This document shows, in pieces, positions 13,097-24,122 of a stretch of 64,000 nt of DNA (positions are counted from its first letter, which is position 1; every line of letters begins with the position of its first letter). The notes below the pieces were generated by a model, which made no database searches, had not been told where the DNA came from, and saw only the letters and a program-made list of their open reading frames with translations. Where the stretch lies: NCBI GenBank assembly GCA_965112155.1, contig OZ218099.1. One strand, given 5' to 3'. The stretch is from Podarcis liolepis (Eukaryota). The position numbers and the translations under genes were made by a program.

Positions 13097-15114
13097 CTTA
13101 ATGAATCCCAGCCCAGGAAGTATGCAAAAGCAAAGAGTCAACTATAAATTCTCAACACACACTTTTGCAGTCTCCCAGTGTGGACAAGCCCATGGAGTCA
13201 CTGGCCACATTTACACAACATGCCAACCCAACCCATGGCTTAGCATGAATGTGTGGACATGCTGGCACCCATGGAGGAGATCACAGCTCCCCCCCCCCGG
13301 GCTTTCTAGGGCAGTGCAGCAAGGGGTGGTTTAGTGTGACATCTCAGTTTGGGATTGTGGTTGAAGTCTCTTCTCTTTAACCATGATCTGTGGCCAAGGT
13401 TTGTCTTATGGTTATTATAGTTCATGGTTTAAGAGGAGAAACCTTAACCTTGATCATGGGTTCAGACAACATGCTAGCCAAATCTTGGTTTAATTGCTAT
13501 CGTGTGCTGACTTGGGGAGGAAGCTAGCACAAAGTGGGTACAAACTCACCAAGAGCCAGCACATCTGCACAGCCACAGCAAGCTATACTCTGGTCAGCAA
13601 GCTAAACCAGGCCAGTGTGGAATAATGGATAGAGCATGGACTTGATCAGTGGGAAGATGGGGGAATAAATTCAGAATGAATGCTTATGGTCCTATAACTG
13701 CCCCACAAACAAACCCAAATGAATGCTCAGACCGGGTGTAATCTAACCTCTGCATAAGCCTTGTGCAAGCAAAGCAGAATGAATGCTCATTAAACAGGTC
13801 AGCTGGAGGCACCCTCAAGAGTGCAGTAGTTGCAGAAAAAGGGGGATATAAATAAATAAAGCTTGACTGACTTATTTAGAGACTGTGATGCGTATTTTTT
13901 GTGTGTGTTTGTGTGTGTGTGTCCTAGTGCAATGTAAGGAATGTTAGAATATGACCCACAAACTAACGTATACCTGCAAGCATAATTGTTAGCAAACAAC
14001 TATAACATCATTGTCTGCCAAAATAAGTGCCAGATAGGGATGATTGCTGATCCATCCCGTACAGCAGTTGGTCTAATGACATGTTATTTCTGATTAGAAT
14101 CCTTAACAAAAAGCCACACTATCTGAACTTTAGCACAACAGAAGGAGAATGAATCACAGCTATTACTGGAAATAAGAGGTTCTATGACTGCAGTCGCAGG
14201 GAGAACGCAAATGTAACTTCTCGGTACAAAACATGAGCAGGAGGCCGATCAGACAGGAGACCTCACTTTTTCCTGCTCATGATTAGAGTTGCCAATGTGC
14301 CAGAAAAAAATAAAAAATACAATCCACAAAAATTGCCTGTTTTTGTTTTTAAATCAGACTAATTTCCAGAAATGCAAGAGGCAAGGCTGTTTAATACCAC
14401 CACCTGCCCCTGCCCACTTCCCTTGCTCAGGAATGGCTGTTGCATTCTCCACTGGCTCTAAGCTCTAGCTTGCTGCTGCAAACCTGGAGTAAAGACCTAC
14501 CAATGAATGCTCAGCACCCAAAATAAGGGCTGGGAGCTCCTTTATAATTTTCCATGGGACAGCCTCTCAAGGAGCTCCTGTGAAAGAAAAGGTCTGCTCT
14601 GCTTCTTCTCAGTCACTGTTGTGGCTCTTTGCTCTCCTCTTCCCTCCATTTGTAGGTTTCCCTCTATTTCTCTGAAGCCTTCTTTTATTTCCTGAATTGG
14701 TTTCAGTACGTATGTGTGTAAGTGTGCAGGACACGTATGAAGAATCTGTGCCCTTCTAGTTGTTGGTGGACTCCAGGTTTTTCAAAGTACATTTTCCAAC
14801 TGCACAAATTTCCCACTGGACACAACACTGCAGCTGAAAGGACACAAAGTGTGCTCTAGTCCATGCTTACCCCCTATATCAGTGGCAGTAACCATTATTT
14901 ATGACTTTGCCTTAGCTCAGTAACTAACAGGGACACAGGTTATTTACAAGGGTATAAATAAGTGTTACCGGAAGAGGAGGTTCCAGGCAAAAGCAAGTAG
15001 GAGTTTTAAAACATATAGCTTGGGCAGTCTACGTACAGAAACTGAGCACATTCTATCTATATATAATTTGGGTGCACACTATCCCTGACATTGCCTGGCA
15101 TTTAAATGCCTAAT

Positions 15115-16325
15115 CAGGGGTCGGCAAACTATGGCCCCCAGGCTGGATCAGGCCCACCATGTCAGGAAATCTTGCCTCAATCAGGAGAAACTGGCCACTC
15201 TCCAGGCACCCGGCTTGATCTCCTGTTGACCTCCCTGTCTGCATTCCCGAGCAGGATCCAGGCTAGGTCACGATCGGCGATCCTCCTCAAACGTGAGAAG
15301 AACACACCCCTCTTCCCTGCCCCCAGGCAGGGGAAAGAGATAGACAGAAATGTATTTACATGCCTTTATTTCTGTCTTTGCAGCGTTACAGAGAAACACC
15401 TCTGCTCTCTTCAAACTCCAACAGCAGAGAGACAAACTCCTCCTCCTGTACTTCCTGTACAGGTTATATTACACTCTGAGCTAATTTCTGTGCTTTGCAC
15501 TGTGAATAGACTGTCCCTCTGTTCCCACGGAACAGTCCCAACATTCCCATTATGTTTTGCTTTCATGCTAGCAGCTGCTCGCGGCCGCATTGCTTCTATA
15601 TCGTAACACACCAGAGCTCTAAATCCAGCCTGCCCAGCCATTTAAGAACCTGCCGCGAAGCCGAGATTCCCAGCGACGGCGACGGAAGGAAGAGGCTGAG
15701 CAGCAGTGGCTCTGCCAATCAAACGCCGTGCCTGGTTTACCTCAGCGCAGTGCGGTGTTTGATTGGCAGAGTCATCCCCACGCTGTTCTGAGGTAAACCA
15801 GGCGCGGCGTTTGATTGGCGGAGCCGCCGCTGCTTGGCCTCTTCCTCCCGCCCCCGCCACCCTAGTGCTCCTGTGGCTGCTGCCGCTCTGCGTCCCCATG
15901 GGGGGGGTGGCAGCGGCATCCCTGGAGGAGGATAGCTGGCCTGGGCTAGGACTCGGCGGGGCTGCCACCGTCGCATTCCCATTGGTGGCCAACGTGACAG
16001 TGGAGGATGATGAGGCTGGTGATGAAGTGGCCCAGGTAGCGGCCTTTACCTCCAGGGAGCAGGAAGGTGAGGGGGGGGGGAAACACCTGCATGGGGCGGC
16101 AGCTGCAAGTGAGGCACCAGCTCATCCTTGTCTCAGTCTCCATGTTCCTTGAAGCGGAGCATCGGACAGTGCGTGTCACTCTTGGTCAGCTCCTGCAGGT
16201 TCCCGGCTTCCGAGGCACCCAGCTCCCACGAGCGCACCAACCCACTCTCCAAAACTTCCCATCAGCCCCCGACAGTGTCTGAGGGACAGTGAACCGGCCC
16301 CGTTTAAAAAGTTTGAATACCCCTG
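15115..16325. mobile_element. 1.2-kb non-autonomous hAT element with GC/CpG-rich interior
   Basis: CAGGGGTCGGCAAACT...AGTTTGAATACCCCTG with subterminal GGCCC motifs. 8-bp near-TSD TGCCTAAT (15107-15114) / TGCTTAAT (16326-16333). No transposase ORF. Confidence 0.75.
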
Positions 16326-16670
16326 TGCTTAATCAACATATGCACCTAATATGTCTAATTCCCATTTTGTTCAAATTAAACAATATCAGCTTTCCAGCTA
16401 CACTCCCCACTTTTCGCGTCCAAGGTTGGTGGATATTGGTGGATTCCAGATCCCATCAGCTCTGCCAGCGTGGCCAAAGGTGAGGGAAAATGAGAGCAGG
16501 AGTGCAACAGCATGTGGAGGGCTTGCCCAGCCCTGGCACAGGCAGTTCTGGATGAATCACAACTGCACAGCCCTTCACAAGTGCTAATATATATTAGCTA
16601 ATATATCTTCATTTCTTTTTAGGTTAAAAGGCTGAGGCTATCTCCAGAAAGCTCTGAAGGCAAAAGGTTT

Positions 16671-17197
16671 GGTGGGAGGAGTTGCTTCTTCTTTCACTTC
16701 CCAATACATTGTGCGTTGCATTTTGGATTCACTGTGGACACAATTGTGTCATTAAGGAACTGGCTTCCATGGATTTTGATTGCATGGCCTGATCCTGGGA
16801 ATGCTGCAGACGTTGCTACATCTTTGTGTGCTGTGCCAACTGGAGGCATTTTTGTGTTGTCATAATAAGGATCACCACTGATTGTGTGTGGGGGGGGGGA
16901 GGGTTAGTTTAACATCACAAAAGCCTATATACGAGAACATGGCATCCCAGGAAAATATTGGGAGAGAGGGAAATCTGTGGTCATGCTCATTGTGTACAAA
17001 ACAGGCTTTGTTCTTCTTTCAATGACAATGTTTCTTGAGTTGGGAGTACAATCTTACACTATAAATGTAAGCTGGTTTCAAACCTGATCAATGCTTATCA
17101 CTGTCTTCTGGAACGCTAGAAACTGTAGTTCGTCAATGGGCTAGAGATTTCTAACAAAGAGCATTTGACAAAACCTCAGAGGTGCTTGATTTGAAGG
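16671..17197 (+). repeat. Copy 2 of the ~550-bp direct duplication
   Basis: Colinear with 9206-9775, with small indels. Confidence 0.9.
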
Positions 17198-18230
17198 ATG
17201 CATAACACTCAAAACTGTTTCTTACTAGTTTTGATTTGTAGTCTAAATGCCATGGTTGTAACTGGATGATGAGCTGGTGTAATTTTACATTTTTTGTTGG
17301 GTACACAATTAAAAAAAAATTGGGGAAGGGAACTCTAGTTTGTATATGTGTGTGTGTGTGTGCGTGCGTGCGTGTGTATAAAATTCACTTATTTTGGAAA
17401 GTTTATAAACTGCCAAACATTACATAAAAAAAGATAAAGCAACAGAAATGCAACAGATAAAAATAGACAAAACATTTCTCAAAAACGAAATCAGATACTT
17501 TCTGTGAGTCAACCCATTCTTCTGGGAAAGCCTGTAAAAATAAGAAATAAAGTGCAGAATAAAGGCTTTAAGCTTCCATTGTGCTCCACAATTTCTGGTC
17601 CATGCTGAGCTCTAGAGAGAAAAATGAAGTTCACTACTTCTGCCTACTGGTTTTCTGAACTGGCCCTGGGTGAGGTAATGTGGGATGTTTTGCTTATAGG
17701 GAAATGTGAGATGCAAGAAAACATGCCACTCTTGGATACAGGCTCTAACATAGGAAATGATACCCTGGTAAAGTTTGCTTTATCTGTAAATAAAATCAAA
17801 GCTACGCTGGTGCTGAAAGGGCCTTCATTACCTCAAATGGCTATTCTAGTTAGTTTGGAGCTAATCAGTGTTTTCCTCAAATGGTGAGCACTGTTGTGAC
17901 TTTGCATAATGATGTCTGGGCCAGTGCTCTGTAATTTTAGCGGCAGCAAAGCAGGATGAGTTCTACCACACCTCAGTCTTTTCCTTGTGTCAACTTGGAT
18001 GGTTTAAAGATAACCTGTGTTTGCTTCCATGCCTGTCCTGCCACTTTCATGAGCATCCGTACAGAGCTGAAAAGCCGTCATAACAGAAACTCAAACACGA
18101 CTTGCCCCCAGCATCCATTCATGTGCCAGCTCCTCTCTCAATGGTTAGAAACCCCCTCATGATTGGGGATTCTGCACAATCAGGGCTGCTGATTAAAGGA
18201 AGGATAACATCTACCAATGAATGGTTAGAA

Positions 18231-18366
18231 CAGGCATAGGCAAACTCAGCTCACCAGATGTTTTGGGACTACAACTCCCATGATCCCTAGCTAACAGGAC
18301 CAGTGGTCAGGGATGATGGGAATTGTAGTCCCAAAATATCTGGCGGGCCGAGTTTGCCTATGCCTG
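18231..18366. mobile_element. 136-bp hAT MITE
   Basis: TIR CAGGCATAGGCAAAC/GTTTGCCTATGCCTG, perfect 8-bp TSD GGTTAGAA, largely palindromic body. Confidence 0.93.
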
Positions 18367-20663
18367 GGTTAGAACCTCTCTATGGATCTTTACACTGGAA
18401 TGCAAAGGTCCAAAGAGGAATGGGTGGGGCACCAGGCACATCTACACTGAGAGTTGGGTGAAGGTGGCATGTATATCTTTGCACCTCTTACCAAGTTTGG
18501 ACCCTCATGGGTCTGTTTGACCACTTGAAGCTTCTTACTGAAGCTAAGCATGTTTGGATCGAGTCAGCATCTGGGTGAGAGATGACTGCAAACCCCACGT
18601 TACCCACCTTAGCTTCTATATTTTTTTTAATGAAGTGGAGAGCCACAGATAGTTTGGGAATATTTTTCGTTAACAGATGCCAACACTACATTTGGTAGAC
18701 AGGTGCTTGAAATCCTAGACTACATTTTTTTGGAAGCAACTTCCACTGACATCAAAAGAAATTATTTCCATCTAAAGGTTTTGGACTGGAATGCTTCTCC
18801 GTAGTGCTCCTGTTCCAAAATTATTACTCTCACATCTCAAAAATGTGTGTCATATGTTTCTTTGACAAGTCTGCATATATGAAATACACAGTTTCTTTTC
18901 AGTTTCTTTTCATGTGTTTCCAGCCATTTGATTAGCACTTTGTCAATCACTTTTGAATGTATCTCTGCATTGATGGAACTTACTGTTGCCTTTGTGGCTT
19001 CCATAACCCATATGTCATCCTTTAAAAGGTAAAGTCCAGAACTATGTCAATATATAAGGCTAAAGGGGGTAGGGTGTTTGCCTCCCACCCCTTTAATTCT
19101 ATTTTTTTACTAAATAAATGTTGTGCCATTGGTAGGAGCAGAATGGGCCTTTTGCTATCCAGGAAATGAGTGTCAGTTGTCAGCTTGAGGAGAAACAAAG
19201 GATCCATTGAAATACTTTGATGGGTCGAAAGAGGTAAAGTATTAGATATGAGGTGTCTGAAGATTTTTTATTAGTTCATTCTGACCCAGCATTTAAAAAA
19301 AACTCCCTGTTTAATTAAATGGTTGCCCACCTTGTGACAGTCGAGGTCTTCTTGGGAGGACAATGTTTGCATTGTTGCTGTTGTGCTGATTGTGTAGCTG
19401 GATTGGCTGTCGTTACGGAAGCCTCCCTTTCTCTAAGACTAAGCAGGTCTTCAAACTGGCTGTGTCCATGGGACTTTTTAAAAGAATGAGAAAACATGCC
19501 TCCTATCGCAAGGGGCTTACAATTTAAAATTCAACAGACGGGGGACAAAATAAGGGAAAAAAAGTAAAGTAAACAGGGGGAGAAGATGCTTTTTTCATCT
19601 TCTTTAACTCAGTAGAGTAGTGGGTATGGAGTCTAGAGGTGAGTTACTCCAAGGGCTTCAACGAAAAGATGGCATTTAAAGGAAATAACAGAGGTAGTGT
19701 CATGCAGTTGTTCCAGGAGACAGCTCCAAGCATAAGGGGAAGCAAGGGAGACAGAGTAGAGTTTTTTTGAGGAATCTGGAGACCTTCAGATGCTTGAGGA
19801 TGGCAGTACTGGAGATGTGCTGGCTCTCACCAGGGGATGCAGTACTCAAAGACTGCTTTAATGCATAGATTACTATGGTACATCGAGGTCTCCATGGCTC
19901 TCAGAACAGAAGGAGGGATGGTCATGGTTGGAATGTATTGGGATTTAAGAGTGGGGTTATTATTTAGCTGTGATTCCTGTAGGGGGTTGGACTTGATGGC
20001 CCTTTCGGTCCTTCCAACTCTACCACTATGACTGGCCTATCCCAAAGTCATCACTCTCTGCCCTTCCAACTTCATGGAGATGGGTGGGGGAATTTGGGCA
20101 CAAGTGTCCTCAGTCCTACTCTGACATTCACCATACCGCCTCACACAAAAGGTGCGCAGTCACAAATTATACCGAGAGTTTAGCTTCCTTTACACACTAT
20201 TCCTAGCTTGGTTGGTTTTAAAAATAGAATTTGCACACATTCACAGAAGAGAAGAGGTCTATTGTATGGGCAGCTTGTTGCCAGAAAAACTGAAGGGACC
20301 ACCCAGCCACAAATTGGGATAACCAGGCAAGTGGGACCTTAGCCTTGCAGAGGTAATAAAAGCCTTTGCTATTCTTTTCATTGCTGGAAAGGATGAGGGA
20401 TAGGGGGAAAGCACTCTATTTAATGTAAATCTGTTACATAACAACAAACCCATTTGTTTGCCTAGCCATTGTCAAGCTCAGTTATACTGGGTGAAGATTT
20501 AGAATACTGTGATTTCTATTTTATCAAAAACTAGCAAAATGCCCTTCTTCATGACGGCTAGTGAGGACAAACAGAAGGGAAGCTGTGTTGCTGCCCTTGC
20601 CTCCTACTGCCTGGCCCCATCCCCTTGACATCCATGCATGGAGAATGAGACAAACCTTTAGAT

Positions 20664-20799
20664 CAGGCATAGGCAAACGTGGCCCTCCAGATGTTTTGGG
20701 ACTACAACTTCCATCATCCCTGACCACTGGTCCTGTTAGCTAGGGATGATGGGAGTTGTAGTCCCAAAACATCTGGAGAGCTGAGTTTGCCTATGCCTG
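20664..20799. mobile_element. 136-bp hAT MITE (same family, opposite orientation)
   Basis: Same TIRs, perfect TSD CTTTAGAT. The central segment is the reverse complement of the 18231 copy. Confidence 0.93.
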
Positions 20800-20946
20800 C
20801 TTTAGATCTTAACACTTAGCATCCCATCAGTACCAAGTAGCTCTACCTCCAGTGGTCATGCAGGCAGCATAAATGCCTGAAGGGAGGAATTGCACCCCAA
20901 GTGATGATAGCTCCATATCACGTGAAAGCTTATGCACACCCTTCAA

Positions 20947-21200
20947 TCAGGGGCGGGGGAAGGGGGGTGCAGTGGGGGTGGACCGCCCTGGGTGTCTTTG
21001 CTGAGGGAGTGACATTTGGTGTGCTGCCCACCCATGACTCCCAAGCCTACTTCAAGCCATTGGGGGAAGGGGGGAGCTGTGCTGCTTTGCCGGTGGTATT
21101 CTCCCTTTGTTTTGATAGCTGAGGGAGGCTTGGGAGTCACGGGCAGGCGGTGTGCTAAATGTCCACCATTGGCGGCAGGGCTCTCCACACCCTGCCCCCC
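20947..21200. mobile_element. GC-rich degenerate DNA-transposon-like repeat with internal inverted repeat
   Basis: Starts CAGGGGCGGGGGAAGGGG. Arms CTGCCCACCCATGACTCCCAAGCC (~21024) and GGCTTGGGAGTCACGGGCAGGCGG (~21127). Right end unresolved. Confidence 0.4.
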
Positions 21201-22769
21201 TCGTGAGCACACTCTGCCATGGGTTATATGCACCATATGCCCTGCCGCTGCCTTCAATACTTGTGCTGTATGCCAGGGTGCCAGGAGAGGAGTTGCTGAC
21301 CAGGAGCAGAATCATCTGATTGGAGCTAAGGCTTGTCAACTATGATGGCCTGGCATGGGCTAATGAAGCCTGGGGGGAAAATTGCAGATTTGTTAGCAGG
21401 CACTTTTCCTCCTGACCTTCCCTTCTTCCTATTCCCACCCCCCACCCCTTTATTTTTAAAAGCATCCTTTAGTTATCGGACTGCGGCTGCAGAAGTTTGA
21501 AATTTTGCAATAAAGGAAGGCTGAAAAACAAAATGAAACAAGGAAAGCCAAAACTGCAAAAGGGGGATTTATAGTTTCTATCTATTTATACTGTTAATGA
21601 CAAAAGAAGGGGAGGGAACTATGGCAGGTGTTTTTGTTTCAAAAGGTGCTTGCTATTATTTAACTGTCAGTCAGAGGACATATGTAAAATAAAGCCTTTC
21701 TTTTTAACTGAAAGCCTGCTAAACCTCCACTGGCCTGTTTCTCCTGCTCTCCCTCCCTCCCCCATTGCAATTGTGCTGAGTCACATCCTGGTTCTTGTTC
21801 TCTTATTTCAGTCTCTGTTTTTTCTCTGTGCCTCTGAGTTAGTCTTCCCGCCTGCTTTCCTGACTCTCATGTTAAGTTCCACTCCTACAGCTACCTTAAT
21901 CAAAATTAAATTAAATTAGAAAGAACTGCCTGCTCAGATAACACAAAGAAAATGTTGCTGCCTGGATTGGGCTCTCTCCTCTGCCATTCATGTGGTCTGA
22001 AGCAGAGGGGAAAGTCACATCCGTGATGGCAGAGTGAGGTTTTGGGTTATGAATTCAACTGGCAAGTCTGAATCACTATTTCTTTTTTCCAGTTTCAGGC
22101 CACTAATTGCCCAAGCCTTGAATTCAGGAGCGAAGGTGCCATTTTGTAGAAAAATATGATTCCCTGTTTTAACTATAGCCCAGAGGGCACGCTATAAATA
22201 TTAACTGGAATACTGCATGTAGATGAGAAACTGAATATAGCCTTTCCTTAATAACCACATTTTGATGGGAGGTCATTACTAGCATCATTATGTTTCACTG
22301 TTATGTACCCTGTAGAATAATTTGCATGTATGCTATTAACAGCCAAACTCGGATATGATCGTAGCAAACGCATGTGTTTATATATGGATCTACCCCAGTC
22401 ATAGGGGCAGGGGTCCATTTTAAGAAGAAAAGTGGGTTCATGGTTTAGGAGTGCTAAACTCTGCATCTTAACAAAGACTTCACAACAAAGACCATTGGTT
22501 TCCCCAAAAAGAATTCTCCTTAACTGAGCCTGGGCTCCAGCTTAGCTGGAAAAAATGCTCTTGAAGAGAGGTGTAAGCTATGAGCAGCAGAAGGGTTCTA
22601 CACTTCTCATCTGCACCCCAATTAAAACCAGTCTCCTCCACTTCCTACATATTTGAGGCAGATACACATTTAAACCTCATATGCTACTATCATGTCTTGC
22701 TTGGCTTCTAAGCAATATGACTTCTGCTCTAAGAGGCTGCCTTATACTGCCTTAATACTGAGTCATATC

Positions 22770-23108
22770 TAAGGCTGGGCCGCTCAGGACCGCAATACCT
22801 CAAGGACCGCCTCTTTCCATATGAACCTACCCAGAACCCGAGATCATCTTCTGAGGTGCTTCTTCATGTGTCTCCTTGAGAGGTCTGGAGGGTGGCAACA
22901 CGAGAACGGGCCTTCTCTGCAGTGGCTCCCCATCTGTGGAATGCTGTACCCAGGGAAGTTCACCTGGCACCTTCATTATACACCTTTAGGCACCAGGCAA
23001 AAATGTTACTTTTTAACCAGGCCTTTGGTTGATCCAATTTACATCCCATGCCCTTTTATAATGTGTGTTTTTTTGGGGGGGGAATGTACCCTGGGTATAG
23101 AGTGGTGT

Positions 23109-23154
<46 letters not shown>

Positions 23155-23415
23155 TCTGGTTTTCAACATTATGATCTATCACCAGCTAAACATCATGATA
23201 TACCAGTATTTCACCATGTCTGAAATAAGGATGGAGCTATGCATAGGCATTGACTGGCTTCACAGTTTTTCCTGTATTGTGATTATTGCATAGCACTCTC
23301 TCTCATGCACATTATGATTCGTGATCCATTGCTAGGTCAAAACTTATGAAACGGATATCGCAGCATGGACTTCAAACCGATTTTGGACTATATATCTATA
23401 TATCGCCCAGCCCTA
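22770..23415. mobile_element. hAT MITE (TAGGGCTGGGCGATAT-type TIR) interrupted by an L2 fragment
   Basis: Left end TAAGGCTGGGC (22770-22780), right end ATATCGCCCAGCCCTA (to 23415). TSD GTCATATC/GTCACATC (7/8). Confidence 0.75.
22781..23153 (+). mobile_element. L2-clade LINE 3' fragment with (TAA)n tail
   Basis: Translates SGPQYLKDRLFPYEP...RSSSE...*...RERAFSAVAPHLWNAVPREV...FRHQAKMLLFNQAFG*, followed by ~14 TAA units (23111-23154). Confidence 0.85.
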
Positions 23416-23953
23416 GTCACATCATTGGTCCATCTAGCTTGTGCCGCTGTTGTCCACACTGTCTTGCAGAGGTTCTCCAGAATTTTCAGGCCTACCTGGA
23501 CATGTTGAGGCTTGAACCCGGGACCTTCTGCATGCAAAACAGGTGCTCCCCCAAGAACCCAGACTACTTTATCTGCCCTTGGTTTCCATTCTTTTTCTCT
23601 GTTCACTTCTATTCCTACTTCCATTTCCAGAAGACCATGCAGAGGTGAGACAGTTGTACAGCAGGGATAGAAGTGGCAGGTAAACAAAGAAATGGGAAGA
23701 TGGAGAACTGGTTGATGGAAAGGCCAACCTAAAGAAGATGTCTGCAGGACACCTTGACACATATGGCTACAAATGGGGAAGTGAGAGTGACGTGGAAGCA
23801 GCAGGCGATCTGGGGGAAAGCTTCATGAAGGTAGAAAAGGTAGGAAGGGGATAAGATACCCCTGCAAAAGGAATAGGGAGTAAGCAGAAATGCAAAGCAG
23901 GAAACAATCAGCAAGTAGTAAGTAGCAGCATTCTAGGTGTATCAAGGAAGGTA

Positions 23954-24122
23954 CCGTATTTTTCGCTCTATAACACGCACCCGACCATAACACACACGTA
24001 GTTTTTAGAGGAGGAAAATCCGTAGGCATGCCACCCGTAGGCATTTCCTCCATAACACGCACAGACATTTCCCCTTACTTTCTAGGAGGAAAAAAGTGAG
24101 TGTTATGGTGCAAAAAATACGG
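23954..24122. mobile_element. Tc1/mariner (Tc2/pogo-like, CCGTA-ended) MITE
   Basis: TA|CCGTATTTTT...AAAAATACGG|TA with internal ATAACAC repeats. Confidence 0.85.

Larger units (their letters stand above)
22731..23550 (-). mobile_element. tRNA-derived SINE split by a hAT MITE
   Basis: Halves CTGCCTTAATACTGAGTCATATC | ATTGGTCCATCTAGC...TTGAACCCGGGACCTTCTGCATGCAAAACAGGTGCTC rejoin into one SINE. Confidence 0.75.

Noticed and set aside
13667-13815. AGAATGAATGCTCA-containing segment similar to 42505-42607
   Set aside because: Short, diverged and 29 kb apart. Best explained as fragments of an old interspersed repeat that I cannot classify.
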